DNA from: a virus
Length of the DNA stretch: 64,000 bases
IMG/VR virus record: IMGVR_UViG_3300012943_000029
Coordinates: 66,176-130,175 of that record
Strand: one strand, 5' to 3'
Position 1 is the stretch's first letter. The number at the start of each line of letters is the position of its first letter. Under the pieces are notes generated by a model. It saw only the letters and a program-made list of their open reading frames with translations, did no database searches and had not been told where the DNA came from. The translations under genes and the position numbers were made by a program. Shown piece after piece: positions 17,834 to 27,250 of this stretch.

Positions 17834-18430
17834 TTAGAGAATGGCAACAGCCTCGAAGACAAACTTCACGATCAACTGCTTGGCTGAGCTCGAACAGTAG
17901 CTCATTGGCGCGTGAGTGACGCTCGCGATGTTAGCCTTCTTGAGGTAGTACGAACGTAGAACTTTCTCATTACCATCAAGGATATTAACCCTGACGGTGT
18001 AGCGATCACGGCGCTTTAAGCTGTCGATCGCGTTGAACGCCTTCGAGAGGATGTCATCCTCAAGAGTGATGTCAATTGAGCGACTGTAGTCGGTGATCGG
18101 ACCAATAGAAATAACCTGCCTGGTTATGTCATTGGACTCGAAAACAGGTTTGAGCGTGAGCGTGTCAATGACTTCTACGACGAAGCGATTGTTGAGCATT
18201 GGTTGGAGGATACCAAAGGAGAAGTCAAACAGTGTTTTGCTTTCCTTCTTGACCTCTGCGGTTTCCTTGCTGAACTGGTCGAGGGCGTCTAGCGCCTTTG
18301 AAAGTTCTTCGCTTGCTGGCTGAGGTGTAGGACCAGGAGATGCCGCCTTTGCTGGAGCTGGCTTGCGCTTCACCGATGGCTTTGCTGTGATCTTCTTTAC
18401 TGAGCTCTTCTTTGATTTCTTATGCACCAT
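17834..18430 (-). CDS. tail-tube (gp19)-like protein with Lys/Pro-rich N-terminal extension
   Basis: GILQP...RF, TRQV, ITLEDD, ILDG...VL..Y.L pattern of jumbo-phage tube proteins. Confidence 0.5.
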   Translation of the reverse strand: MVHKKSKKSSVKKITAKPSVKRKPAPAKAASPGPTPQPASEELSKALDALDQFSKETAEVKKESKTLFDFSFGILQPMLNNRFVVEVIDTLTLKPVFESNDITRQVISIGPITDYSRSIDITLEDDILSKAFNAIDSLKRRDRYTVRVNILDGNEKVLRSYYLKKANIASVTHAPMSYCSSSAKQLIVKFVFEAVAIL

Positions 18431-18445
18431 CTTCGTATCCTCTTG

Positions 18446-20071
18446 TTATGCTACCTTCTGCAAGGTGATGCTTGCCCAAACGTTGGTGAAGCCACCAAAC
18501 GATGTCGAGGTCTGTCCCCACGCATCGCCAGTGCTGCTGTCAATACTTTGCAGCTGTATCTGCGCGGTGCTAGCAATAGTGATGATGCCATTGATCTGGT
18601 ACGGCACGTTGTTTGCACCGTCACCGCCGCGGTTCCAACCAGCGTTACCAAGTAGAAGCGTTGTGTTATTGGTTACGTTCTGAATGCGCGACTTGTGATC
18701 ATCGTTCTCAAAGAACACTGTGTACGCGGTAACCATGTAGACACCAGCCGGAAGCGTGATGCTACTACCGCCAAGCGATGCGCCAGGAATGCTGTTATAT
18801 TGAAGCACGTTGAGTGGGCGAGTTGCCCAGCTGGTTGAACCAGCGCCGCCATTGCCAGTCGTCTGGTGCTGCGCGCAAAGAACACCGATAGAAGACGAGC
18901 CGTTAGCGATGCTCGTAATTCTACCATAGTTGTCAACAGCCACGTTGACAGGTGTTGAGTAGACACCACCAACACCGAACGACGGAAGGTTGATGTTGAA
19001 GGTTCCAGTGCTTGTGATTGGACCACCAGAAACGTTGATCGTGCTAGATGAGATGTCGACGTACGACACTGGAGTTCCAGTTGATGCAGCGGTAATGCGG
19101 CCTTTGGCATCAACAGTGAGTGATGCAAAGTTGTAGGTACCAGGAACTACGCCGCTTGCAGCAAGCGTTGCTGCAAATGTTCCGGTGCCGCTACCTGAGA
19201 CATCACCAGTAAGGGTGATCGTCTGGTCGCCAGTGTTGGTGCCTGACGTGTTGCCGTTGTGGGTGCCTGAGAAGTTGCTTGCTGCGATTGGGCCTGACAG
19301 CGAGATGGACGTTGACGTCGATGCTGCTGTGACGCGGCCCTTCGCATCAACAGTGATGTTCGCCGAAGAGTAAGAGCCAGCAGAAACACCAGAGTTTGCG
19401 AGGGTGGTTGGGAATGAACCAGTACCAGAGCCGGTGACGTCGCCAGTAAGCGTGATCGTCTGGTCGCCAGTGTTGGTACCCGACGAGTTACCTGAGAACG
19501 TTCCTGAGAACGTACCGTTGACGCTAGATCCAGAAGCAAGACTTACACCGCTCGGGATGTTGCTAGCAATGATGGCGCCTGACAACGTAATCGATGTGGC
19601 GCTTGCAGCTGCCGTGACCCGTCCGTATGCATCAACAGTGATGTCGGCGGCGGCGTATGAGCCTGCCACCACACCTGAAGCGCCGAGATTTACGGTGATT
19701 GTGCCAGACGAGGTGATCGTGGGGTTGGAAACAACAAGCGTTGACGACGCAACAGTGAGGCTCGTGATGGTGCCGCCTGCACTATCGACGCCGTACCAAT
19801 TGTCGTCGGCCTTGTAGACCTTCATTAGCTGCGCGCTGGCGTCGTACCACAACTGACCAACCGTTGGGTAAACAGGTGCGTTCTCAGAGGCAAAGTTCTC
19901 GAGCAGACGAATGAAGTTTTCCTGCTGGTACTCACCAAAGCTGGTCAGGTTCTTTCCAGTGAGGATGAGCGACGTGGCAGTAGAGACTATCGCCTTATCA
20001 GGAATGGTGATAGGTCCCTTGTTAGGGATACCTTCGAGGTTGTTGCTTGTCCAATCTGCGACGTATGGCAT
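18446..20071 (-). CDS. virion fibre / baseplate-associated protein, Ser/Thr/Gly-rich with internal repeats
   Basis: N-terminal TSL.L.GK...ENF..LLENFA...P..GQLWYD anchor domain; repeated TVDAKGRVTAA and SGTNTGDQTITLTGDV. Confidence 0.75.
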   Translation of the reverse strand: MPYVADWTSNNLEGIPNKGPITIPDKAIVSTATSLILTGKNLTSFGEYQQENFIRLLENFASENAPVYPTVGQLWYDASAQLMKVYKADDNWYGVDSAGGTITSLTVASSTLVVSNPTITSSGTITVNLGASGVVAGSYAAADITVDAYGRVTAAASATSITLSGAIIASNIPSGVSLASGSSVNGTFSGTFSGNSSGTNTGDQTITLTGDVTGSGTGSFPTTLANSGVSAGSYSSANITVDAKGRVTAASTSTSISLSGPIAASNFSGTHNGNTSGTNTGDQTITLTGDVSGSGTGTFAATLAASGVVPGTYNFASLTVDAKGRITAASTGTPVSYVDISSSTINVSGGPITSTGTFNINLPSFGVGGVYSTPVNVAVDNYGRITSIANGSSSIGVLCAQHQTTGNGGAGSTSWATRPLNVLQYNSIPGASLGGSSITLPAGVYMVTAYTVFFENDDHKSRIQNVTNNTTLLLGNAGWNRGGDGANNVPYQINGIITIASTAQIQLQSIDSSTGDAWGQTSTSFGGFTNVWASITLQKVA

Positions 20072-20086
20072 GGCTACTTTGGCCCT

Positions 20087-20131
20087 TCAGCTAGATGGAC
20101 TATTTAGTGATTTCTGCCCATGTACGGCTGA
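20087..20131 (-). promoter_or_regulatory. late promoter TAAATA (20101-20106) in a hairpin
   Basis: UCAGC/GCUGA and AUGGGC/GUCCAU (one G-U pair) stems enclose the box. Confidence 0.55.
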
Positions 20132-20144
20132 GCGTGAACCTGAA

Positions 20145-21635
20145 TTAGAACACCTTCACGCCGTATTTGTGCTGCCAGCGGTTGGCATCTTCCACGGTGT
20201 TTACCAGCGGCTCTCCCTTGATGTTGAGGGAGGTGTTGAGCAGGACTGGACAGCCTGTCTTCTCGTACCACTTCTCAAGGATGGCCCTCAGGATCGGAGC
20301 CTCTTCATCTACGGTCTGTACCCTTGCAGAGTTGTCGAAATGTGAGATGGCTGGCAGCTCTTCTGGTCTGAGAACTTCAACGACGTATTGCATGTACGGT
20401 GCAGCAGTAATCGACTGAGGGAATTTGAAGTAGGTGTTGACGTGTTCCTTGAGAACCGCAGGTGCAAATGGCCTGAACTTCTGCCGGTGTTTGATCTCAT
20501 TGACCTTGTCCTTCATATCTGCTCTACGCGGGTCAGCAAGCAGTGAGCGGTTACCAAGGGCACGAGGACCGAACTCAGCCCTGCCATTGGCGATGCCGCA
20601 GATACCTGTCGTCAGCAGTTCATTTATGACGGCGTCAATGTCAAGCTTGCGCTCAATGTTGTGACCTAGGAACGGGCCTCTCCACTTTAGGGGGCGACCA
20701 ATGTAGTTGGCTGCTGCGCCCAATGAATTGCCCGCATCACCAGGATTTGGCATGATCCAGATATTTTCAAACGTGTGGGCGACATACGAGTTAGCAACGC
20801 AGTTGAGGGCGACGCCACCAGAGTAGACTAAGTTGTTGCTCTTGACAAGCTGCGCGGCCCTGAACATCAGGCGGCCAACATGCTCCTCAACGATCTGCTG
20901 TGCTGCTCTTGCAATGGCAAACTTACCTTCCTCAGTTCGAGCGATCGCCATGAGCGTGTCGTCATGGCGAATTCCCTTGTGAAAGTTGAAGCTCTGATTG
21001 AGAATGTTATTTTTGCTCTTGAAGTATTGGCCAATAATGTACTGGCCAATATCGTAAGCTAACGACTGTTCACCGTATGCAGCCATTCCCATGAGGATGT
21101 ACTCCTCTTCATTCGGCTTCAGACCAACCAGATCGGTGATGGCGCTGTAGAACAGGCCAATAGAATTAGGATACTTGAGCTCCCACTTTTTGATGATGCT
21201 ATCATTGCGACCTTCCCAAATGGAAGCAGTCGTGATCTCACCGATGGCATCGATCACGAGGATGGCGGCGTCGCTGAAGCCGCTCGTGTAGTAGCCGCCA
21301 GCGGCATGAGACTGGTGATGGTCTGAGTAGATCAGTGGGCAGTCCCAACCAAGCCACTCGCGCATGTACTTCTTTGGCGACTTCTCAAGCAGCAGCTTGT
21401 ACTGCCCGCTCTTGAGGTAGCGCAGCTTGCGTCCCCACGGGTTCTCAAACCACACAATCTTTTCAGGGTCGCCGAACTCATGCGCATCAATGATCAGCTC
21501 GTGGTTCAGCTCAGTGTCGTTCTTGACGCGGCTGTACCGTTCGGCGTGGGCGGCAAACAGGATCTCCTTCGTGTCTGAGTTCACGACAGATATCGACGCG
21601 TCGTGGTTCATTGCGTTGACGCCCCAAATGATCAC
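20145..21635 (-). CDS. carbamoyltransferase (NodU/CmcH/TobZ family)
   Basis: HDAS, HHQSHAA, DAIGE, SGGVALNC, GRAEFGPRALGNRS, FRPFAP, LNTSLN. Confidence 0.93.
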   Translation of the reverse strand: MIIWGVNAMNHDASISVVNSDTKEILFAAHAERYSRVKNDTELNHELIIDAHEFGDPEKIVWFENPWGRKLRYLKSGQYKLLLEKSPKKYMREWLGWDCPLIYSDHHQSHAAGGYYTSGFSDAAILVIDAIGEITTASIWEGRNDSIIKKWELKYPNSIGLFYSAITDLVGLKPNEEEYILMGMAAYGEQSLAYDIGQYIIGQYFKSKNNILNQSFNFHKGIRHDDTLMAIARTEEGKFAIARAAQQIVEEHVGRLMFRAAQLVKSNNLVYSGGVALNCVANSYVAHTFENIWIMPNPGDAGNSLGAAANYIGRPLKWRGPFLGHNIERKLDIDAVINELLTTGICGIANGRAEFGPRALGNRSLLADPRRADMKDKVNEIKHRQKFRPFAPAVLKEHVNTYFKFPQSITAAPYMQYVVEVLRPEELPAISHFDNSARVQTVDEEAPILRAILEKWYEKTGCPVLLNTSLNIKGEPLVNTVEDANRWQHKYGVKVF

Positions 21636-23044
21636 GCGCTCAGCCTCTTGTCTCTGATAAGCTTGCCGGCCGCGTAGGTATTTGCTAGCTCAGGGAAGGT
21701 GGCAAGGAAGTTCGTGCTGCGGCGCTTGTCATACTCATCAAAGTAGCCAACAAGGGCATCGAGCTGCTCAGGATCTGGCTCAACAGAATTCATGAAGTCG
21801 ACAAGGCGGCGGATGCGGTCTACCTCCTCAATCGTCATCACGTCGTTCATGTCTGACGGCTTGTCATCATGGTGCTTCTTGATCATGCCGCGCATTCTAA
21901 AGTCAAAGTCCACCTTCGCTTGCTTATCAAGCAGCGTGATGGACATGTGGCGCGGCCACCTAAGATAGGCGACGTCGTAGCCGACGCGACGACGGTGTGG
22001 ACGACCACCATAAGCCAGGCGCAGCTCACTTATCCAGTCAATGAACCAGTCAAATCTAGGTGCTGAAAGAATGTTGACGGTTGTCATCACCTGAAGGCGA
22101 ACTGCAGGTGGTGTGTTCTCAAGGAAGAATTGGATGTTGTCATTGAACAGCTTCCAGTCAAGGCCGAAGCGCGAGTACTCAAGCTGATCGCCGACGCTCT
22201 CAGCTGACGTATAGATCACGATCTCTCTGATCTTACCATGCAGCTGGTTGATCTTACCGCACAGCTTCTCAATGAGCTTGTGCGGCACACCCATGTTCGT
22301 GTTGATGCCGATCTTAAAGTCAGGGCGAGGGTTGGCGATGACGTAGTCAAGGATCTTCCAGGTGTTTTCAGACAGGAGCGGCTCGCCGCCAGTAATGCGG
22401 AATGTGTCGAGCGACTTGTAGAGCTCAGGCCACCATTCCCAGAAGGCGTCAATGTATGGGTTCTTTTCCTTCCAGTGAATTGGGAAGCGACCGACCTTCT
22501 TCATCCACTCGAGATCGTGATGTGTCTCACCGCTCGGCAGCTTGTAACCACCATGCTTCTCAACCTCTTCCATCCAGCGTGAGCTGACGTCAGGTGAGCA
22601 GTAAGAGCACTTGAAGTTACAGACGTTCTCGAAGGCAACCTCGAGGTAAGCAGGAGCGATGCTCTCACCAAGCCCTGATGCAAGCACGTCATCAAACTTC
22701 TGCCAGATGCCCATGCCCTCGTTCGCCGACTTGTAGTGGCGATCAGAGAAGTGTTCCTCTGGCAGGTTCTCAATGTTCCAGCAGTAGTCGCACTCCTTAG
22801 TCTGAATACCCTTGAGCATGTCATCACGAGCCGCAAGCTTCGTCGGTGTGTTGTGCAGCCCGCGTGGGTTGGCCTTGATGTCCTCAACCTTGATCTTGTG
22901 GGCCGACGGGTGGTGGCACGAGTGAGTGAAACCGTTGTAGAGGGTAGTGGTAGACTGCAACCACTTCGCGAGACAGAACGAGCCGCTTACTGAGTTCAGC
23001 TTCTCTACACGGTCCTTCAAACCTTTCAGCTGCTCAGCGTTCAT
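21632..23044 (-). CDS. radical SAM protein with N-terminal twitch/SPASM-like Cys cluster
   Basis: CNFKCSYC (CxxxCxxC), TGGEPLL; N-terminal CLAKW, SCHH, CDYCW. Confidence 0.9.
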   Translation of the reverse strand: MNAEQLKGLKDRVEKLNSVSGSFCLAKWLQSTTTLYNGFTHSCHHPSAHKIKVEDIKANPRGLHNTPTKLAARDDMLKGIQTKECDYCWNIENLPEEHFSDRHYKSANEGMGIWQKFDDVLASGLGESIAPAYLEVAFENVCNFKCSYCSPDVSSRWMEEVEKHGGYKLPSGETHHDLEWMKKVGRFPIHWKEKNPYIDAFWEWWPELYKSLDTFRITGGEPLLSENTWKILDYVIANPRPDFKIGINTNMGVPHKLIEKLCGKINQLHGKIREIVIYTSAESVGDQLEYSRFGLDWKLFNDNIQFFLENTPPAVRLQVMTTVNILSAPRFDWFIDWISELRLAYGGRPHRRRVGYDVAYLRWPRHMSITLLDKQAKVDFDFRMRGMIKKHHDDKPSDMNDVMTIEEVDRIRRLVDFMNSVEPDPEQLDALVGYFDEYDKRRSTNFLATFPELANTYAAGKLIRDKRLSA

Positions 23045-24009
23045 CTGTCGGCCTCCATTTCGGTAACGATCGGGTTTGAGGTGCGACGAGGGGCCTCGTA
23101 CACCTCCTTGAAAAACGCTGACTGTTGTGCGTTCATGTCCGCGATCTTAAGACCGAGGTTCTTGTATAGAAGATCAAGCAGCTTGGTGCTCTCTTCAAGC
23201 AGCACCTTCTCATCCCAGACCAGCCCTGTCCTGCGGCACTTCTGCGTGCCATCGCCGACAAAGCGCTGAGCTACGGCCATGCTGTTAAAGTACTGCTTGA
23301 ACCAATCGTAGTCAGAGATAAGTGAGAGGTCAAAGCTCTTGTCAATGTTGGCGGCGAAGATGCCAAGACGCGTGCCATAGATGGACCACAGCCCATTCTC
23401 TACGTCAGCACCGACAGATGCCCACACAAGCAGGCGCTTGAAGTTCTTCTCATGTATCTGCTTTGCGATGACACCGTCTCCGGCCGCCTTGCCGCGGTCA
23501 AGCGTCATCTTCACACCCTCACGGAAGCCAGCGCGAAACGCCTGGAATGGTGAGCCATTTGGGCAGGTATCTGAGTAGAGGTTGTTGAGCTGAACGTACT
23601 TGTCATCCCAGCAGAAGTCCACTTTTTCTTCAGCACGAGTGGCATTCTCATGCGTGCGCATACCAAGCACGAACTCTTTTGTCCACAGCTTGAGACCACC
23701 ATTGCCATAGCATAGACCATTGATAGTGTTGCGACCAGCCCAGCTAAGGGTGCAATCTTTTAGACGCTCGGGAATGTCTATCTGAAGGTCGAAGAAATGC
23801 GGGTAGACGATGTTGTCACCATCAACGGTGATGAAGCGGTCTGTCTCTGACGCAACAGCACATGCCTTGTGGGCGCTGTCAAATCCCTTAACGCCGTCAA
23901 CTCGCTTGGCCCATGGTGCTAGCTCTTGAAGTTTGGCCCAGAATTCTTCCTTCTGTGGCTCGTCGTACGAAAGATAGAAAATGTCGAACTCAGTTATTGG
24001 TTGCTTCAT
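23041..24009 (-). CDS. GT-A glycosyltransferase-like protein
   Basis: YLSYDEP, RVDGVKG, FITVDGD (DxD), YGNGGLK, AFRAGFREGVK. Confidence 0.65.
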   Translation of the reverse strand: MKQPITEFDIFYLSYDEPQKEEFWAKLQELAPWAKRVDGVKGFDSAHKACAVASETDRFITVDGDNIVYPHFFDLQIDIPERLKDCTLSWAGRNTINGLCYGNGGLKLWTKEFVLGMRTHENATRAEEKVDFCWDDKYVQLNNLYSDTCPNGSPFQAFRAGFREGVKMTLDRGKAAGDGVIAKQIHEKNFKRLLVWASVGADVENGLWSIYGTRLGIFAANIDKSFDLSLISDYDWFKQYFNSMAVAQRFVGDGTQKCRRTGLVWDEKVLLEESTKLLDLLYKNLGLKIADMNAQQSAFFKEVYEAPRRTSNPIVTEMEADR

Positions 24010-24673
24010 GTCGCTTGATGGCCATCTTGATGCCTGATCTGATAGAATAGACTGAGATGTCGCTGGCGCTCTCGAGCTTGAGAGCGATTGGGTTTGGCCA
24101 TTCTTCGAGGTTGTTGTGCCCGGCGATCTCGTTCAGGTTATTTACGCTTAGCGTGAACGCACATTTTAGGTGGCTCGGATCGCCCTCGGCGGTGAAGTAC
24201 AGCTTTGCAGGTCGAGGCCACTTTGAGATGTTCTCACCATTGAAGTGAATGAGCACGGCGTCAGGTTCAGCGCCGACCTCAATCACGACGTCTGGATATG
24301 GAACCCGGTCTGGCGTCGAGGTGATCTCAAATGCCTGCATGTCGTTGACGCGCTCAAGCTTCTCGCGCTGAATGCTCAGCTCGCTCATGATCATGTACTG
24401 ATCATCGCGGAAGACTACCACCCAGCGGCTCACGTTCTCTGTGCCAATGATGAACTTTTCGGCTAGCTCATAGTCGATCTTAAGGCAAGCTGCATCTTCG
24501 CTCTGCTCGATTGGCTGCGGTGAGATAGCAAGGATCTTCAGCAGCTTCTTGTCTACGTGGGCGTAAAACTGCGGACGAACCTGCTTTGGCTGCGTGATCT
24601 CGAGTGTGATGCTTTCCTCAATCGGTTCTCCAAGCAGGCGCGCTAGCGCCTCTTCATGGGCGGCAATGCTCAT
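23990..24673 (-). CDS. hypothetical protein in the glycosylation cluster
   Basis: ORF overlapping both neighbours. Confidence 0.7.
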   Translation of the reverse strand: MSIAAHEEALARLLGEPIEESITLEITQPKQVRPQFYAHVDKKLLKILAISPQPIEQSEDAACLKIDYELAEKFIIGTENVSRWVVVFRDDQYMIMSELSIQREKLERVNDMQAFEITSTPDRVPYPDVVIEVGAEPDAVLIHFNGENISKWPRPAKLYFTAEGDPSHLKCAFTLSVNNLNEIAGHNNLEEWPNPIALKLESASDISVYSIRSGIKMAIKRHEATNN

Positions 24674-25524
24674 ATGCCCACCTTCTCTTCCATGAAGCTG
24701 ATCATCTTGTCAGTGACAAACGTCTTCACTTGATAGTGGAATGGCAGGATCTGCCGGTAGTTTCCAATCTTCAGCTGACACTCACGGCTGAAGTGGGCTG
24801 GGATCATCTTAGTCCAATCGTCCACCATGTACTGATCATTCGGCCAACCTTGAAGCTGGCTCTTCATGTGTGTGAACGTTGGAACGTTGATATGCGGCAG
24901 CTTGTTGTTTGCGCCGAAGTCCAAGATCTTTGAGGCGATGGCGAACACGACGTCTGTTGAGACGTACTTGGGGCGATGGTCTGGCTGAAGGAACTCGTAG
25001 AAGCAGCGCTCCCAGTTGTTGTAGATAAACTCGGCCTGCTTGAACAGCTCAAAGGTGATGTCAGTCTTCTTGAAGTAGAACATCGCCGTGTAGACGTTTG
25101 GCAGCCCGCTCTCAGTAAACGTTTTGCGGTAAAAGTCGCTCGTGATCTGGTCACCACGGTAGGTCTGAGCTGTGGTTGCAAATACACCGTCGCTCTCAGC
25201 GAGGTAGTCCCACCATGGGCTGATGTCAGCTGGAAACAGCATGTCAGCGTCGAGCTTGATCGTCTCATCATACGGCGTCATGTAGATCGCCTTCCACTCG
25301 TTCTCGAGCTTCCACTCTGAATTCTTTGCAGCGTCGTCCCATGGGATTGTGATGATCTCGTCGAAGACTGCAGCGTACTTTGGATTTACCTTCTCACCTT
25401 CAGCCACACCGATCGACAGCTTAGACAGCTCAGCTGGCTGTGAGATTTTCAGTGACAGGGCCATGGCGTATGCAAGCCGATGGTACAGCTCGCCCTGTGC
25501 TATTGTGAAGAAACCTCGGCTCAT
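24670..25524 (-). CDS. GT8-like nucleotide-diphospho-sugar transferase
   Basis: A..LALSL, TPYDETIKLDADM (DxD), FTHMK. Confidence 0.75.
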   Translation of the reverse strand: MSRGFFTIAQGELYHRLAYAMALSLKISQPAELSKLSIGVAEGEKVNPKYAAVFDEIITIPWDDAAKNSEWKLENEWKAIYMTPYDETIKLDADMLFPADISPWWDYLAESDGVFATTAQTYRGDQITSDFYRKTFTESGLPNVYTAMFYFKKTDITFELFKQAEFIYNNWERCFYEFLQPDHRPKYVSTDVVFAIASKILDFGANNKLPHINVPTFTHMKSQLQGWPNDQYMVDDWTKMIPAHFSRECQLKIGNYRQILPFHYQVKTFVTDKMISFMEEKVGI

Positions 25525-26408
25525 TGCAGCGTATCCATGATGTCGGTCATGTTGTTGATGAGGGAGATCTTGTTCATGCAGTGGACGTTCAGGCCACGCG
25601 TACGCGACATGTAGAACTTCCAGGTGTCCTTGCGATCATTGACGAAGAACGATAGGTCGTCTTTCCCATTGATGCTGTAAAGCTGATCCGTGTCGAGCGC
25701 GGTCAGCAACACTGGATCTGGCAGCGGTGCAGCATAGTCATCGCTCTCAGTGAAGCCGTTGAGAATGTGAAGCGCGATGGAGAATGCGTAGTCATTGCGG
25801 TACAGGTGGCCAGGCAGATCGTACGTGAGCTTATAGAAGTCCCAGTTCTCCTTGATGTGCTCGATGAGCCTAAAGAGGAGCTGAGCTTTCTCGCCTTTCT
25901 TGAAGTAGACTACCGTCGCCCAATACATCTTGATGCCGAATGAGTTGAGCCGAAACTCAGGACCGTCAAGTGGTTCATGAAGCAAGCTTGTCGCCCGCAT
26001 GTTGATCATGATCTCCTCATCACTTCCCCAGCAGCAGTTGAGGATTGGGTTACCAACCAGATAGTCGCTGTCAATGAGAAGCGTCTCATCGTACGGTGAG
26101 AGGTTGTACACTAGCGAGCGCGTTTCGTTCTTGAACGTATCTTCAAAGTGGTAGTAGCGCGTGTCCTTGTAGGTGCGTGTATTCTTGAACAGCGCCTCGG
26201 TCTCTGGAAGAATTGTGTGACTGGTGAAATGATCCTCAACCCGCCAGCAGCCCTTCTTGTCCTGCCATTCCTTGCTGCCCGCATCGGTGATCAGGTGAGT
26301 GTTGATGCCTGGCATGTTCTTGCGCACGAAAGCGGCGCACATCACGGCAAGCTGGATGTAGTCCACCTTGGCATTGTTGACGCCGTAGATTACCACACCA
26401 CGCGACAT
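25521..26408 (-). CDS. GT8-like nucleotide-diphospho-sugar transferase (paralogue of the neighbouring gene)
   Basis: SPYDETLLIDSDY (DxD), RNDYAFSIA, HCMNK. Confidence 0.75.
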   Translation of the reverse strand: MSRGVVIYGVNNAKVDYIQLAVMCAAFVRKNMPGINTHLITDAGSKEWQDKKGCWRVEDHFTSHTILPETEALFKNTRTYKDTRYYHFEDTFKNETRSLVYNLSPYDETLLIDSDYLVGNPILNCCWGSDEEIMINMRATSLLHEPLDGPEFRLNSFGIKMYWATVVYFKKGEKAQLLFRLIEHIKENWDFYKLTYDLPGHLYRNDYAFSIALHILNGFTESDDYAAPLPDPVLLTALDTDQLYSINGKDDLSFFVNDRKDTWKFYMSRTRGLNVHCMNKISLINNMTDIMDTLQ

Positions 26409-26410
26409 GT

Positions 26411-26791
26411 TTATGCTCCAACGATGGCTTTGACTGTGCGAGACTTGTTGATGCCCTTCACCTCAGTAAGGTACTCGTTCATGCACTCGTAGTAGGTGTC
26501 AGAGATATTCTCAAGGAACTCCTCGAGATTGGCGATCTCGATTGGGTTCTCATTGACGTCGAGCATGATGGTCTCTTTGCGGCCCTTAGAAAGAAGGGCA
26601 GAGACGAAGGAGATAAGCTCAGGCGATACCTTGAAGGTGCCACCATTTGTAGAGAAGGTGAGGTTCTTCTGGAGCTTGAGGCGAGCGTTCTGTTTCTGGA
26701 TGTTGAGCGTCGTGCGGTAGTTCGCGTGAACCAACGCCTCTTCAAGGCGCTTGTCAATGGCGACCTGAAGGTCTGGATTAACCTTCCTCAT
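26411..26791 (-). CDS. hypothetical protein, first gene of the cluster
   Basis: ORF following TAAATA and an AAGGA RBS. Confidence 0.7.
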   Translation of the reverse strand: MRKVNPDLQVAIDKRLEEALVHANYRTTLNIQKQNARLKLQKNLTFSTNGGTFKVSPELISFVSALLSKGRKETIMLDVNENPIEIANLEEFLENISDTYYECMNEYLTEVKGINKSRTVKAIVGA

Positions 26792-26815
26792 ATCATATTC
26801 CTTATGGAGATGTTC

Positions 26816-26821
26816 TATTTA
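26816..26821 (-). promoter_or_regulatory. late promoter TAAATA heading the glycosylation operon
   Basis: Box overlaps the upstream stop codon and precedes the RBS. Confidence 0.5.
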
Positions 26822-27250
26822 GCGTGCGCTGGCGTTCAGGCTTTTCTCGACGGCTCCAAGGCCCTCATACTTGTAACCTTCACTGTGAATGAGCTCGAGC
26901 AGCGCCCTCGCCTCATCTGTGTCGCCGTCTTTCAGTAGCTGAAGGAGGCGCGTCATCGTGCCCCTCTCATCATCTAGATCTACATGGTCGCGCTGTAGTA
27001 TCAGCGCGAGGTAGTAGTCATTCTTAGATATGTCATGTCTCTTGAACCACTCGGCGTTGCTGTTCCAACCATCATCAGGATCAAATCCGTCTTTGGTCAT
27101 TCTGTCAATGAGCTCTTTCATCTTTGGGTGATCTCCGCCCAAGATGAATGCCGAGACGGCGCCAAGAGGTGCATCAAAGTCATGAGCCAGCTTCGACACG
27201 ATACGTGGTGTTCGCGCATGCTCAGCTATGAACTGCTTGAATGTTGTCAT
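26819..27250 (-). CDS. putative internal head protein with capsid-targeting sequence
   Basis: N-terminus MTTFKQFIAE versus T4 IPIII MKTYQEFIAE. Confidence 0.55.
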   Translation of the reverse strand: MTTFKQFIAEHARTPRIVSKLAHDFDAPLGAVSAFILGGDHPKMKELIDRMTKDGFDPDDGWNSNAEWFKRHDISKNDYYLALILQRDHVDLDDERGTMTRLLQLLKDGDTDEARALLELIHSEGYKYEGLGAVEKSLNASAR

